A stretch of DNA of 64,000 nucleotides, from positions 27,220,001 through 27,284,000 of the forward strand of contig NC_045697.1 in the NCBI RefSeq assembly GCF_009834535.1. The letters run 5' to 3'. Each line of letters begins with the position of its first letter. The first letter of the stretch is position 1. Made by a program: the position numbers and the translations under genes. The notes under the pieces were generated by a model that ran no database searches, was not told where the DNA came from, and saw nothing but the letters and a program-made list of their open reading frames with translations. Positions 38,960 to 51,704 of this stretch are shown here, in pieces. Source of the DNA: Camelus ferus (taxonomy: Eukaryota).

Positions 38960-39690
38960 TTTTCATTCATCCTGAACATATTTATTGAATGCCTACTACA
39001 TGCTGGGCTCTATTCCATGCACTGGAGATACAGCTGTAAACAAAACAGAAAGAATTCTCTACTCTCATAGAGAGGGGAGCAGGAAAAAAACAGATGACAA
39101 AAAGATAGACAAGTAACTAATATAGTATATTAGAGGGTAATGAATGTAATGGAGAAATATAAAGCAGGAAAAAGGAATAAGAAATATATGTGCATGTGTG
39201 TGTACATACCCGTGTGCTTTTCCATTTTCAACAGGTTGGTCGGAGAAGGCCTCATAGAGAAGGTGGTTTTTAAACAAAGACTAAAGAAGATGGAGTAAGT
39301 TAGGGGGGCAATGTGGATATCTGACGGGAGAGTGTGACCAGCAAAGGGAATCGTGAGTGCAAATGCCGTGTGGCAGGAGTGTCCCTGGCAGGTTTGAGTT
39401 ACAGCAAGGTCAATATGGCTAGAGGCTGGCAGTGGACGATGCAGTACAGAGGTAGTAGTGTCGGGTGGGGAACGGGAAGATCCCATTTGGCTCCATAAAC
39501 CATTATAAGGAGTCTGGGTTTTACTCTAAGCAATCTGGGAAGCCATGGGAGGGTTCTAAATAGAGCAGTGACATGACCCAACTAATATTTTAATAGATTC
39601 ACTTGGCTGCCATATGGAGAATGGATTGCAGGCTGACAAAGGCAGCAGCAGGGAGACCAATGAGCTGGCTACTGCATTTTCTAGGTGAGA
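38960..39690 (-). mobile_element. LINE-2 3' region
   Basis: ttcattcat...atttattgaatgcctact...gggaagccatgggagggtt...gagcagtgacatga. Confidence 0.85.
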
Positions 39691-41912
39691 TTACACATTA
39701 AGTACCAGCAATGTCACGATGGCATTTGGGATTAAACAAAGTGGGGGTCTTTCAGTGTTGGAAGTTTAGTCAATCTGGGTAAAATCCCTGAGCTCTCTAA
39801 TTCTGACAGTTTACAAATAAATTCTCAGAGACGTTAGACAGACTTAGACATAATAACAAACAAAAAAAAGATAACGTGCTCTCTAACTCTTGCTCGGCTT
39901 TGTGTCGATGCCCAAGCCCACCAAACCAGCTCAGGCAGGGAGAAGGAAACCTCAGAAAAGGCTGGATACTGTCAGAGAGCTGCGTGGCAGAGTTGCTTGT
40001 CAAGAGTACTGACTTGACAAATAGGAGCAGGAGCTGAAAAGGGAAGTGGAACCAGTGCCCAGAGTTCTATCTGCTTTGTCTATAAAAGGAGATGAGGCTG
40101 TCCCAGGAGCTATGCTGGGGCTCGAGGGTGCAGCGCACTCGTTCTCACACCGCATGGATTTATGCACTCTGTGCCGTCTCATCCATCGTCTCATCCACAG
40201 GTTCTCCCAGGCAGAAACATTTTTATGTACTTTCATTGCCAAATTTTCCAACCTACATTGGCTATCTGCTCATTCCATTTTATTTTTTTACTCCACTGTA
40301 TTTTAATCATTCTCATACCTTTCAGAAAGCAGCTTCAAGGTCCTCATGTTGTAGGCAAGTCAATGTCGTGCACTCCTTGATCTTGACTTCAATCCATTGT
40401 CGTCATGAAGAATATTTCTTTCAGCTAATTAAGATACTTGGGCGTGACTTACATACTGTTTAGAGGCTAATGGTTATGCCCTGGGTTGTCAGGATTGGCG
40501 AATTACCTGGCGTTGGTGCTGCAACGCTGCCTCCTCCCACGCTCTGGGCAGATGCTGCTTCCCCGCCTCGCAGCCTTTCCCACTGAGCTGGGACTTGCCT
40601 TAGAAACCTTCTCCACTAGGTCTCCAGGAAGTCACCACCGAGCAGTGGGCACAAGTGTACCCAGTGAGCCACCTTCTACCCTGGGGTTCTGCTCAGTATC
40701 ATCTTAATTCTTGTCTTTATACCAATTTTGGAATAGACCCACTAGTTAAAAATTCTTATCTTATTATATATATTTGGAAGTTCAGTGAAAACATATCATA
40801 GCAATAATTAGAGTCTGGATTTTCAACTAATATGAATATTTAAACAAGTAACTGATGGATGTGATAATAATGAGTATTCTTATTAAAGTTCTTTTTAACA
40901 TTAACCAAAGACTGTTCATTCTAGATTTATATACGGTCCCCTTAACTTTTTAAAAGCAAAGTGGCCTCTTTTCTTTCAGCCTCTGGGCTTCCCACTTGTT
41001 GTAACGGTGTCAGTGGTTCACAGTTTTCTAGGGGTCTGCAGCCATCTTAAAGCTGACATCAGTGCTTCTGGCCTTTGGCAATGAGCAATTGATTTCAGTG
41101 CAAATGACTAAATCAGGAAAGAATCTACAGGGAAACCTCAAAAGAATGATACATGCAGGGTTTCAGGAAGAGCTGAAGGTGCAGAGGTTGTCCAGACAAG
41201 GAGATGGCAGCAGCCAAGATTACTGATGTCTTCCCATCCGGGATTTTCACTGAGCCAAGGGGGTCCGGCATCATAAATGATGGCAGCTAAATGGGAAAGA
41301 TCTCCACACTCTTTGTGTTCCTGGGTGGCACTGATCAGGAGACTCAGGGGCTGGAAGCAGAGTCACAGCAGTGTTTGGCCCCATTCCCTACTTAGTTTTG
41401 TTACTGATGACTTAAAGAACTACCAACAGAACACCTTCCTGGGCCCCAGAGAGCCCTCTGTTGCCATCACCAAGGTGTACCAGCCCTGCTGGGAGTCACA
41501 CAACCATGAGACGAGCGGAAGGAGCCACTTCTCTCCCAGAGCAGTGGCACTTGCAGGTAATAGCTGGGTGGTTACTCTTACCTTTTCACTCTGCAAGGGG
41601 ACAACATGGATGTCCCCTTCCTGTTTGACAGTCTTTATCCTGCCATCCCAGGAACACCACCAGTCCCAAATTCTTCTTGGTTATTTCTTCCAGAACTGCT
41701 AGAAATGAGTGCAAATGAGGTTGATGGCAGGCTCTCCCTTACTGAGACAATACTTTGTAGCAAAAAAAATTTGAAAATCTTTACCACGTATTATAAAGGG
41801 AGTTCTGTTTCCAGGAAGCTATACATATTACAAAATCCCTCTTCATCATTGTTAGGGCACTAACTGCCCCTGGGAACTGGTAAAGTGATGCAGAAATCAC
41901 TGCTTCTCCACT

Positions 41913-42367
41913 TTTTTACAATAGCCAAGACATGGTAGCAACCTAGATGTCCATTGACAGATGACTGGATAAAGAAAATGTGGTGCATATATACAATGGA
42001 ATACTACTCAGCCATAAAAAAGAATTAAATAATGTCACTGGCAGCAACATGAGTGCACCTAGAGCCTGTCATACTAGTAAGTCAGTCAGACAAAGACAAA
42101 TACATATATCACTTATACATGGAATCTAAAAAAATGACACAAATGAACTTATTTACAAAACAGAAAGAGACTCATAGACATAGAAAACAAACTTATGGTT
42201 ACCAGGGAGGGAGGGGGGCAGGGATAAATTGGGAGTTTGGTATTGGCAGATACAAACTACTATGTACAGAATAGATAAACAAAAAGGTCCTACTGTACAG
42301 CACATGGAACTATATTCAATGGCTTGTAGTAACTTGTAATGAAAAAGAATACATATATATATGTATG

Positions 42368-42422
<55 letters not shown>

Positions 42423-42480
42423 GCTGTACACCAGAAACTAATACAACATTGTAAATCAACTATCACTTTAATTTAAAAAA
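41913..42480 (+). mobile_element. 5'-truncated L1 3' end with internal (TA)/(TG) microsatellite
   Basis: tttacaatagccaagacatgg...atggaatactactcagccataaaaaag; TSD agaaatcactgcttct (41892) / agaaattaccgcttct (42493). Confidence 0.92.
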
Positions 42481-43269
42481 GGGGGGTGGGGAAGAAATTA
42501 CCGCTTCTGAAAAGGTCATGGCCCTTACTTAGGTCAGGCTAGAGGTCAGGGCAAATGGTCATTTGCTGCTAACTCTCTGAGCTGCAACTTGCTAGATTCC
42601 AGCAGTGGGGTGGAAGGAAGGAACATGGAGCCTAGAGACATGGAGTCTAGACTTGCCTCTGCCCCTCAGTCCTCCTACTTCCTACTTTTGTGATCTGATT
42701 AGCACCCACCTGGCTGCCTGCCTGTGCCTAAGAGTTCCTGCACTCTGGGACTGGGGTGTGGGTGGAGTGGCGAGCGGAGAAGGCTAATGAGGAAAAGCAA
42801 AGGGAGGAAGTTCTGGCTAGGATGTTCTATGTACAGCGTCCTGCCTTGACCAAGGTTGTTAGGTTTCAGCTGCCCTCCGGCAGGTCGTGGATGAGAGGCA
42901 GTTTACGAGTGTCACTGAAATGGATGGCAGTATGCCCGTCTTGCCATCCTCGCACCCTGGAGGTAAGTGTGTTCAGCAGGCTGCTGCAGAGAAGGGTTGA
43001 GAACGCATGAGTGAGTTGGAGACGAAGATGTGGAATAATTATGGTGTGAGCCAAGCGGTAACAGTATGGCTTAACTGGTTTACCTGGTCTTATAATCTCA
43101 TGAAGAGTAATTTCCATAACCCAGTAAGCATTCTCATCATTAGAGTATTTCCATCTGTATATATTCCTCATCTCGTTTTAAAAAAGACTTGAGGCTAAGT
43201 ACACACAAAACTGTGCTGTAACAAAGAATGAGCTGAGTGCTACAAGACAGCGACACGGTACCCAGAGAG

Positions 43270-43930
43270 CAAGTGCATTGTCAGGGGCTTCGGATCTGGG
43301 AGGTCCCAGAACCTACTAGCTCTGTGGCCTCCAAGAGGCACTAACCTCTTTGTTTCCTCATTAGTCAAGTGGATTTAATTACCTCTGCTCTGCAGTTTTT
43401 GTGAGGATTAGAGACAATATGTAAAGTACCTACCACAAATGCCTCAAAGAGACTAGCCTTTCAATGAATAAGAGCTATCAATATTATGAGTTTTAAATCA
43501 AGCTGTGGATAAAACTTTTCTGTCCCACTTAAATATAACTCCCCTGGATGTGAGCATTCAGAGGAATAGAACCAGGCATTCCCACTCTTAACAGTCTCCA
43601 AGAGCCTCCTCAGCTTCTAGGAACGCACTGTTCCTTCAGGGAGGGGTGGGGGGAGGGGGAGGCAGGGGAGAGGAGGGAGGGGAGAACCTTGAGCCTCTAT
43701 TTGCCTCCTGAGCCACGGTAACAATAGCTGCTGCCACTAGTTAAGGTCCATAGATGTGCCACTGTGCTAAGCACTTTTCCACTGTATCCTCACAATGGTC
43801 CTATACAGCATGTATTGGTCCCATCTTATAGGTAAAAGAATGAAGACCAGAGGTCCAGTAGCTTGCCTAAGCCAATTCAGTGGTGGAATTGGGATTTGGG
43901 TTCACGTCCAACCCTCAAACTCAGCCACTT
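43270..43930. mobile_element. Two MIR fragments in opposite orientation upstream of the CpG island
   Basis: tgtttcctcatt...gtgaggattagagacaatatgtaaagtacct and cactgtgctaagcacttt...gcttgcctaag. Confidence 0.65.
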
Positions 43931-44989
43931 CCCTAAAGTCAGCCTCCAGATACACTAAGTAAAAAATACTGAAAGATGCTGTCCCCTTCTGCTGCCGTCC
44001 CCCCGCCGCCCCCCTCCCCCCAGCTCCCCAGTCCATCTCCGTCTTCCTGCTCTCCCCTCCCTGCTCATCCGTGTCTGGAGATGGTGCTAAGCCCCCCGAC
44101 TTTCCTCAAATTTCCCCCTCCCTACCTCCGGAGGTCGGGGTGGGGGGGTGGGTGCGCGCGCCCTGGACCAGAAGGGACGGAAAAAGCGCCCAAACTAGCC
44201 CCTGCGTCACTCCGGCAGTTGTTCAGAAATGGGGTTTACTGCTGGTTAGTAGGGGAAGACACTTCAGCCTTCGCTGCTCCCCGAGTCTCTGCTTTTCCAA
44301 TCTTGCCTACCAGCGCCCCATAAGATGTCCGTGCCTCAATTCACTCCCTGCCATTATCCAACCCTAGGACAGGAAGAAGAGGTGATGCGGGGGAGAGCCA
44401 GGTGGCTTGGTCGCCTTCCTGTGTTCCCTGCAGTTTTCACTCTGTCCATTTCGGAGAGAGAAGGCTAGAGTGAAGATGAGGCGAGGCTACCGCGAGGGAG
44501 CGAAGAGCGGGCTGGCTGTGCCACCTGCTGAGAGCCCCGCAGGCCGAGAGCGCGGCGGGCAGTGCCACCTGCTATAAATAGGCCACCGGGGACAGGGTGT
44601 GCGACCGCACATCACCCCGTGAGGGCCTTAATCACGCGCGGGGCCTCGGGGCCCGAGGGGTTCGGCGGGCCAGGACCCTGCGCTGGGGCTGGGTGGGGCG
44701 GCGTCCCGGACACCCTCTCCCGGGTCGGGGCTGGAGGCCCAGAGGGGGGCTGAGGATGGACCGCCGGGAAGGGGAGAGGCAGGGAGGGGAGGGAGGCCGC
44801 GGCGGACCCGCACTGCAGCAGCTGTTGCCCGCGTGTGACTCGCCTGTCCCAGCCATGCAGCTGGAGCAGAGTCACACGGCGCAGTGGGGAGGGAGGGGGC
44901 ATCGTGTCCCCTTCTTAAGTCCCTGGGGACCGAGTTGGGAGATCCAGGGTTCTGCCCTCCCCTCACCTCCCCAGCGCTCGCCCTGCCGG

Positions 44990-45276
44990 GGAGGAGGAAA
45001 CGCGAGCCGCGCGCAGACACCTCCTCCTCCGCCGCCGCCGCTACCGCCGCCGCCGTCCCCGCGCCCTGGTGCCTGTTGCTGCCGCCGCCGCCGCGGGATC
45101 CGCCGTGTCCTCGGCTGGGTGGAGGAGAGGCGGGAGCCCTCTCGGCTCCCCGCGGCGGGAAAAGCGCAGCCGGCCCGGCACGATGCGGGCCCCGCCCGCC
45201 CAGGCCTTCCCCGGGCTGCCCCCGAGCACCTGCGCGCCCCGGCCGGGCCCCGCGCTCTGAGCGCGCCGCGGTACAG
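44990..45276 (+). other. TBC1D1: TBC1D1 non-coding exon 1 (5' UTR; start approximate)
   Basis: Inside the CpG island, ends at CAG|GTAGGC donor; the ATG-containing exon has its own acceptor at 54884, so an upstream exon is required. Confidence 0.72.
45020..45094 (+). repeat. Short (CCT)/(GCC)n runs in TBC1D1 exon 1
   Basis: Read directly. Confidence 0.9.
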
Positions 45277-48200
45277 GTAGGCGCTTTCTGGGGCCTCGCC
45301 CACGCCACCCCACCGCCTCCTCCCAGGGCATCCTGGCTGCCCCCCACCCCCAGAAGGCCCTTGCGCTCCCCTGCCCGGGGAGAAGCGGGAATCGGGCGGT
45401 CCTGGGGCTTCCCTGCTGTCCTTGACTTGCACGGGGCTCGCGGGGGAGGAAGTTCATTGTCATCTCGTTGTCTCCTACTTGGACGAAAGCGAAACCTTCA
45501 AGTTCAGAACGACCCAGGCACTCCGGTGGGCGCCCTCCCTCTGCCCCGCCCTCCACTCCTGCTCGCAGTCCTCGCATCACCCCTCCCCCCCTCCCGCCAA
45601 ATATCTCTAGGGCTAGTGTGTTTGCAAGGCGACCAGATCAAGTGAGGGCGATCAGAGTGACCCCAAGCCACCCTTTAAAAGTTCAGGGTACTTTGCAGTA
45701 GCAATTTTGTCAGCTCCACCAGTGCGCGCAACATTTCTTTCTATGGGCACATCCTGTACCAGTCATTTTGAAACCCTGCTTAATTGTTTCTAGCAGCTTC
45801 CTGATCGCTCTGTGATTATGAGACCCCTCAAACTTGGCCGCACATTGTTGTGTGTGCGGATTTTTAAAACAGTTTCATTTTCTTTGAAATCCACATAGAG
45901 GCGGCTTTACCTGTTGTGATTTCATTTAAAATAGATTATTCTCTGGGAGTTACTTAAAAAGGAGAAGAAATTGAAAGTGATGATTGTTCCTACCACCGAA
46001 GTTTAATTTTCAGAGTGTCCTACATTAATGGGTGGGCATCACTTCATGGATCTCTCCTTCTTCCTTTTAGATGATTGGATGATTTCAGTTATTAATATAA
46101 TCAGACTTTGAAAGAACATTTTAAAATGACCTGGTTTAAATGGGCCACATCCAAAAAACTCAGCTATCTCTACAAGTCCAAACTTCTAAACTTTTTGCTC
46201 TGTACTTGCTTTGAACTGCAGAGGCCTTGATAAAAATGCTTTCTTTGGGAAGGCAGAAATTCATTCTCTTCCCCAGGTTCCAGATAGGATTGGGGGGAGT
46301 GGAAGCCTGGCCCCCTCTGTGTTCTGATGTGCGTAGGGCGCCTGCTGGGGGTGGGAGGGGTTGAGAGGAAGAATAAACCCAGAGCTGTTCCAAGAGGCTG
46401 AGAATCCGCCCTGCAGAATGGCCCTTGGTGTTTCTAAAGACTTCAGTTCTGTTACCATCTTGGCTTAGGGGACCCTGAAGCAGGTGAGTTCTGCACCTTT
46501 TGCTAGAGTTGAGATGGCTTCACTTGCTTGGGGAGGAGGCTTGCCTCATTATGAGCTCCTTCCTAGGAACCTTGAAGACTGTCTAAAGGAATAAGGACAT
46601 TGCATGAAAAAATTTGTGTAAAATAGGATTGACTGCTTTTGTAAACAAATGTTTTTCCAACTGTTTGAAATCGAAAGCTATTGCAGTCTTGAATCTGCCT
46701 GTTTCTTTTTCTTCCTACCAAGTTACAGGGAAATAAGACCTTAAAAAGTGCTTGCTCTCCAGACTTCTCTGTTAAGTACTCATTGACAAAGCATGAACAA
46801 CAGGGTAGTGAGCAGAGCTGTGGATTAAAGGGCGCCGTGTGAAATGTTTAGGGGCCAATTTCTGCAGTGAACACAGGGGAGCATCCTGAGACTATCAATT
46901 GAGTGCAAGGAGATGGAAAAGGGACTAAGTGTGGCTCAAAGCAGTAAATGAAATCATCAAGTGACAATTAAAATAAATGCCTTCATGTGGATATGTCCAG
47001 CCACTTGCAAACCAGTAAAACGGGGAAATTCACTGTAGTTGTAATTGTTAACATCAAAGTAAGGTTTTGCAAATGAAAGTCTCTTCTTAGACTACCATTA
47101 TCTTTGGAGATTTCCCCTTTCACTGATGGTATGTCAGCGTTGACCTTTTACCCATACGACCTGGTTTGTCATAGTACCAGATGGTTTGAGGAAGCAAGGG
47201 CGATTCTGAAGAAATAATTCAGTTTGCCCCTCCTCCCTTATTATTCAGCTGTTGGCAATACCTGTGTCCCACTTCTCTAGGAGGCGACCTTCACCAGAAA
47301 GGCTGCAGTAGCAATTAGATGTACCCCGTGCATAGCCACGTGTGGGTAGGCCACTCCTTTCAGACCCAGATCTTCTAGGAACTTCTAGGAAGTACTACGG
47401 GTTGCACTAAGCAGCATGGCGCTTACCTGTCCCCCAGCATCTCTAATCACAGCACCCAGAGTAAGGATGCCTGCCTGTGGATTCTGTCTTTGTGCTTTTA
47501 ATTTTATCTCACAAAATGTCAGCTCCCTCAGGCCCCTTTAACTCTTTTCACAGCATTTGCCTGAGGGTCCCAGGTCTTCCCTCTTCAGATTCCCCAGAGG
47601 ATCTAGCCTGTATGTCAGTCCATTTGAGGACTTAAGTATGTATGCTTATGTGTGGGTGCCTTGGCATAGTTTGCTTTGCCCTTTTTCCTGTCCACTGTGC
47701 TGCCTTTCTCAGATTTAATAGCCACATTCATCCCCATACTTGACGCGTATCCTTTTCTTTCCCTGGTCATTAAAACTTGGGGAAGCAGAATCCATTCATT
47801 AAACACAGAAGCCAAGGTGTGTTGGGTCTGTAGCCCTCTGGTGATGGCACAGGATTTAGGTTTGCGGTGCAAATTATAAATGCCTTTGCCGACTTTTATC
47901 TTCACGTCTTCCCTTCCAACCCCACATTCCAATAAAAACATTTTGAAACCAGCTTCCTCACAAAAGACATGAAGTTTTCCATCTTCAAGGGTTTTTTTTT
48001 TTTTTTTTGACATTTTCAAGACAAGATTTCCATTTGGTGGGTTCTTAGATTTAAGGGCAATGTGTCCCTTTTCAGGTTTCAGATGTTTGGAGAAAGATTT
48101 GTCACATTTGGGGCATATGAAATATTCTTAACACTTTGGTTTCAGTGAAGCTGTGCAGAATACAGGAAATATGTTTTAACACCAACAAAGATGTTCTTAA

Positions 48201-51200
48201 TTTTAAATGTACCTATTTCCTGTGAGACAAGCAGCAGCTATTTTTTTCTCTTAAAAAAAAAGAATGTACCCATTTAACAACACATTATATGTGATCAGTG
48301 AATCTAAACTTACAAAGAGGGTAAGCACTTATGGGATTGTTGTCAAACTTAATTAATTTATACCTGTAAAGTGCTTAGAACAGTGCTTGGCACATAGTGA
48401 GCACTCAAGATATATTACTTATTACTGTTATTATATTTATTTGTTCTACACTGTTACCGTAAAACTTTGACACTAGATTTAGATTACTGACACAAAATCT
48501 AGGTTGAAAAACAACCCAGCTAATCCACTAGAAAGATATTTTAGAGTTACTCCCATCTAGAGAGATTGTTATATTGCAAAGAAGAGAAATTTGGGCACAA
48601 GGCAGGTCTGGATTCAGATCCTGCCTTCACCATTTACTGGCAAGAGGACCTTCTGTAAAATGGGGATGATTTAAAAACTCTTGTCAGAGTTGTAAGATCA
48701 CAGAAGATCATATGTGTAATGTCCAAGAAGAGGTAGCTGGTCAATAGGTATTCCTCTGGCAGAGTGGCTAAGAGCAGACACGAACAATGGAGTGGAAGGA
48801 CCTGGGCTCAAATCCCGGTTCTGCCACTCTGCTATATGACCTTGGGCAAATGACCTCCCTTCTCTGTGCCAGCAACCTCCTTCTCATCTCTCATCTTTAA
48901 ATTGGAGCTGATAAGGATAATTACAGTCCATAATAGTCCTTATTCAGGTATGGTAATACATAGTCCCTGGAGGACCTCCCGCCCCCACCCCTTTTATCCC
49001 ATGCAGTGCAGTAGAAGAGAGTACACGAAGTGATGGTGGCATTGTAGAGGACTAGGCTTGAATGAGCTCTGATTTATAAAGGAAGGAAATCATTCAAAAC
49101 ATCATTACTTTATGTGCCAAATTAGAGAGGCACACCCTGGTACTGGAACATCCTTGATGATGAAAAGGCCAGGACCACTGGCTCCAGGAGCTCCATGTGA
49201 TGGTGAAACAGCCAACTGCTCTAAAGATCTTTGGGACCTGTGGGTGATTCCTGGGTGAGCAGCACCTTGCTCTGATGGGGTGGGACTCTCCATGCAGGAA
49301 GTGGACAAATATTTGAGCCCAGCCAATGAGCTCATTGCACGAGATCAGAGTATTCTGGTGGCCGAATAATCCTGTTCAGCTGCATGCCTATTCTATCTGG
49401 GGTAAAGAACAGGAAAATTAAGCCATTGATTCTCAAGAGGAAGTAAGTGGCCACCCAGGGATTCCCTGCCCATTCTGCAGGTACCTGACAGCTAATCAGT
49501 ATTGACTGGTTCCCAACCTGGCCTGGAGCCAGAAGCTTCCAACAGCCCTGCCTTCATCCTTCTCTCTCTCCCTTCTCCCCTCCCAGAAGCTTTCTGAGGA
49601 GTGAGGGCTGAATCTGCTGGGGCTGCAGTGTTGTTAGCTACTGGAAAGTCCCCATCCTCCTGCCTGTGGTTTGCTGGGAGGGAGTGGAGGGGGGCTGGGA
49701 AGAGAGAAGTTTCCAGGGGCGGCCAACTAACTCCCACCATCACCTCTCTTGCTTCCTGATTGATAAATCCCATCCTTTCTTCATGTACGTCTCCCACGTT
49801 TATGTTCTTGAAGGGAAGGCAAGAGCAGCTTTCTATCCCCACACAATGTCAGGGACATTTGGTGTTATACATTATGAAAATGAGATTCTCCAGATTTTAG
49901 AGACAGACGAAAGCTTGGGGATGATCTTGTTCCATTCTCTTATAAGAATAAACTTGAGATTTGGAGAAGTAACTTGGTTTCTCAACTTCGCAGTCGAAAG
50001 TGTTTTCATAAGAAGACTGAAATTCTTTGCAGCACTTGGATGGGAGTCAGGGGCTTTGACTGTCCTAATTCTGTCACCAAACTTGGACAAGCCATTTAAT
50101 TTCTCCACTTTCCTCATTTCATGTATGAGGGAAATTTCTGAGTGGCTAGAAAGGACCTTTCTAGCTTTAAAATTTTGTGATTGTAGGTGCATGCTTCAAG
50201 AGTTATAGAGCATAGCAGGTCTCACTGACAAGATTATTGGAACTGTTCTAGAAAAAAAAAAAAAGGTACCTTTGTGTTTTGGGCCCTACCATGTTTGTGG
50301 GCTGTGGTAGGTAGGAGCTGTGTAGAATACAGACAGTCTCTGTAAGGGGTAGGACTTGGGCACAAATGAGTCTGCTGTTGAGAACACGACCAGAAGCCCA
50401 GTGGAATAACAGATCATAGTATTTCATACTGAGGTATGAGGTAGGTAGTTCTACCTGGGGCTTAAAGATGGTCACAGGTTTTGTGCAAATGATGTGGATC
50501 GAGATGGCTTAAGAAATAACCTGATGGTTTGTTAGTATTGTGTGAATAGTTCTTCTGTTTCATGGAAATCTTTATTGAACAGTAATGTGAACAGTTACTC
50601 ACCTAGTCTAAGTTACCATGAATCTTACATCAGCAGAATCTGAATTGCTTATAAATAATGATGGCTATGTCTGAAGTAGAACTTATTATTTGATACCTTG
50701 TTAACAGTGTTAAAGTCCAATCTACTTTTTACAGAGAAACTAAGATGTACCCCAGCTGGTTGAAAAGTGAAAACTTGAGACATTCAGTTAGTTTTGTCAG
50801 TGAAATGGCAAAACTAATTTGATCACTGATTATTTACCAAATGATCGAAATGACAAAGTTGTTTAATTTTTTTTTTTGCTTCATGCATCTTATGTTTTAT
50901 TGTTGCTAAATTGTGTAATTTTTTTGCACTATGTATATATTCCCTTACAAGAAAACTGAAAGTAATTCTGCTACACTTGTTGCCACCAAATTAATAACTG
51001 CTTTCAGCTACACTAATTGATAGATCTTGGGTCTTCCTTTGTAATAATTCTAGTGCTTCTTTAAACATGTCTTGGGATTAGCAGCTGTCATCGGTTAGAA
51101 CTTGAAAGAGATTCAGTTACAGGAGTGGAAGTTGAGCTAGACATAATGCCGCTTTCACCTGTAGGTGAGAGAGAGAAAAAAGGAGCGAGAGAGCCCATCA

Positions 51201-51704
51201 TTTATGGGGTTATATGAACTTCAAGTCTGTTTTCATCATCAAGAGAAGCTACACTTTAAAGGAAAAGAGACAGGAATACACTTTCATGAAATACATTAGT
51301 GCTCTAAATACAGTATGGGCTTATTTCTGAACTTCTGAACGTTTAAAATAAAAAATTAGGTCTTAACTACATTCAAATTACATTATAAAAATTTACTCAG
51401 CACATATGCATGTATAACATCTAGAAAAATACAGAGTAAATAGACTTCAGTTCTAGTTCAAAAGAGGTTTAGAATTTGAATACTGTTTTTAGAAACCCTA
51501 AACTTTTTGAGTTTACGAAGCTTACAGACTTGTTGAGGGACACCTATTCAAACTTTCTTAAAATAAATATGATGATTAGGTGCAAAGTGAAGGAGGACGT
51601 GGTGATGGATGCCCTACATCACCTTGGAAGAAAGAGGCGATAGTTGCTTGAACTAGGACTTGTGCATGAGTTGGGATTAGGTTAGAGGGCGAAAGTGAGG
51701 GTCA

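Larger units (their letters stand above)
44090..45580. promoter_or_regulatory. TBC1D1: CpG island / TBC1D1 promoter
   Basis: Abrupt rise in GC and CpG density, GC boxes, GCC runs; about 10 kb upstream of the first TBC1D1 coding exon. Confidence 0.93.

Noticed and set aside
44562..45701. Many overlapping 60-253 aa ORFs
   Set aside because: Stop codons are scarce in a CpG island; products are low-complexity Pro/Gly/Arg/Ala with no recognisable domain
47315..47410. Weak inverted repeat suggesting a MITE
   Set aside because: Only about 12 of 16 matches with a gap and no TSD
49666..50208. 180-aa ORF in TBC1D1 intron 1
   Set aside because: Non-ATG start, runs through MIR-like fragments, no domain or splice support
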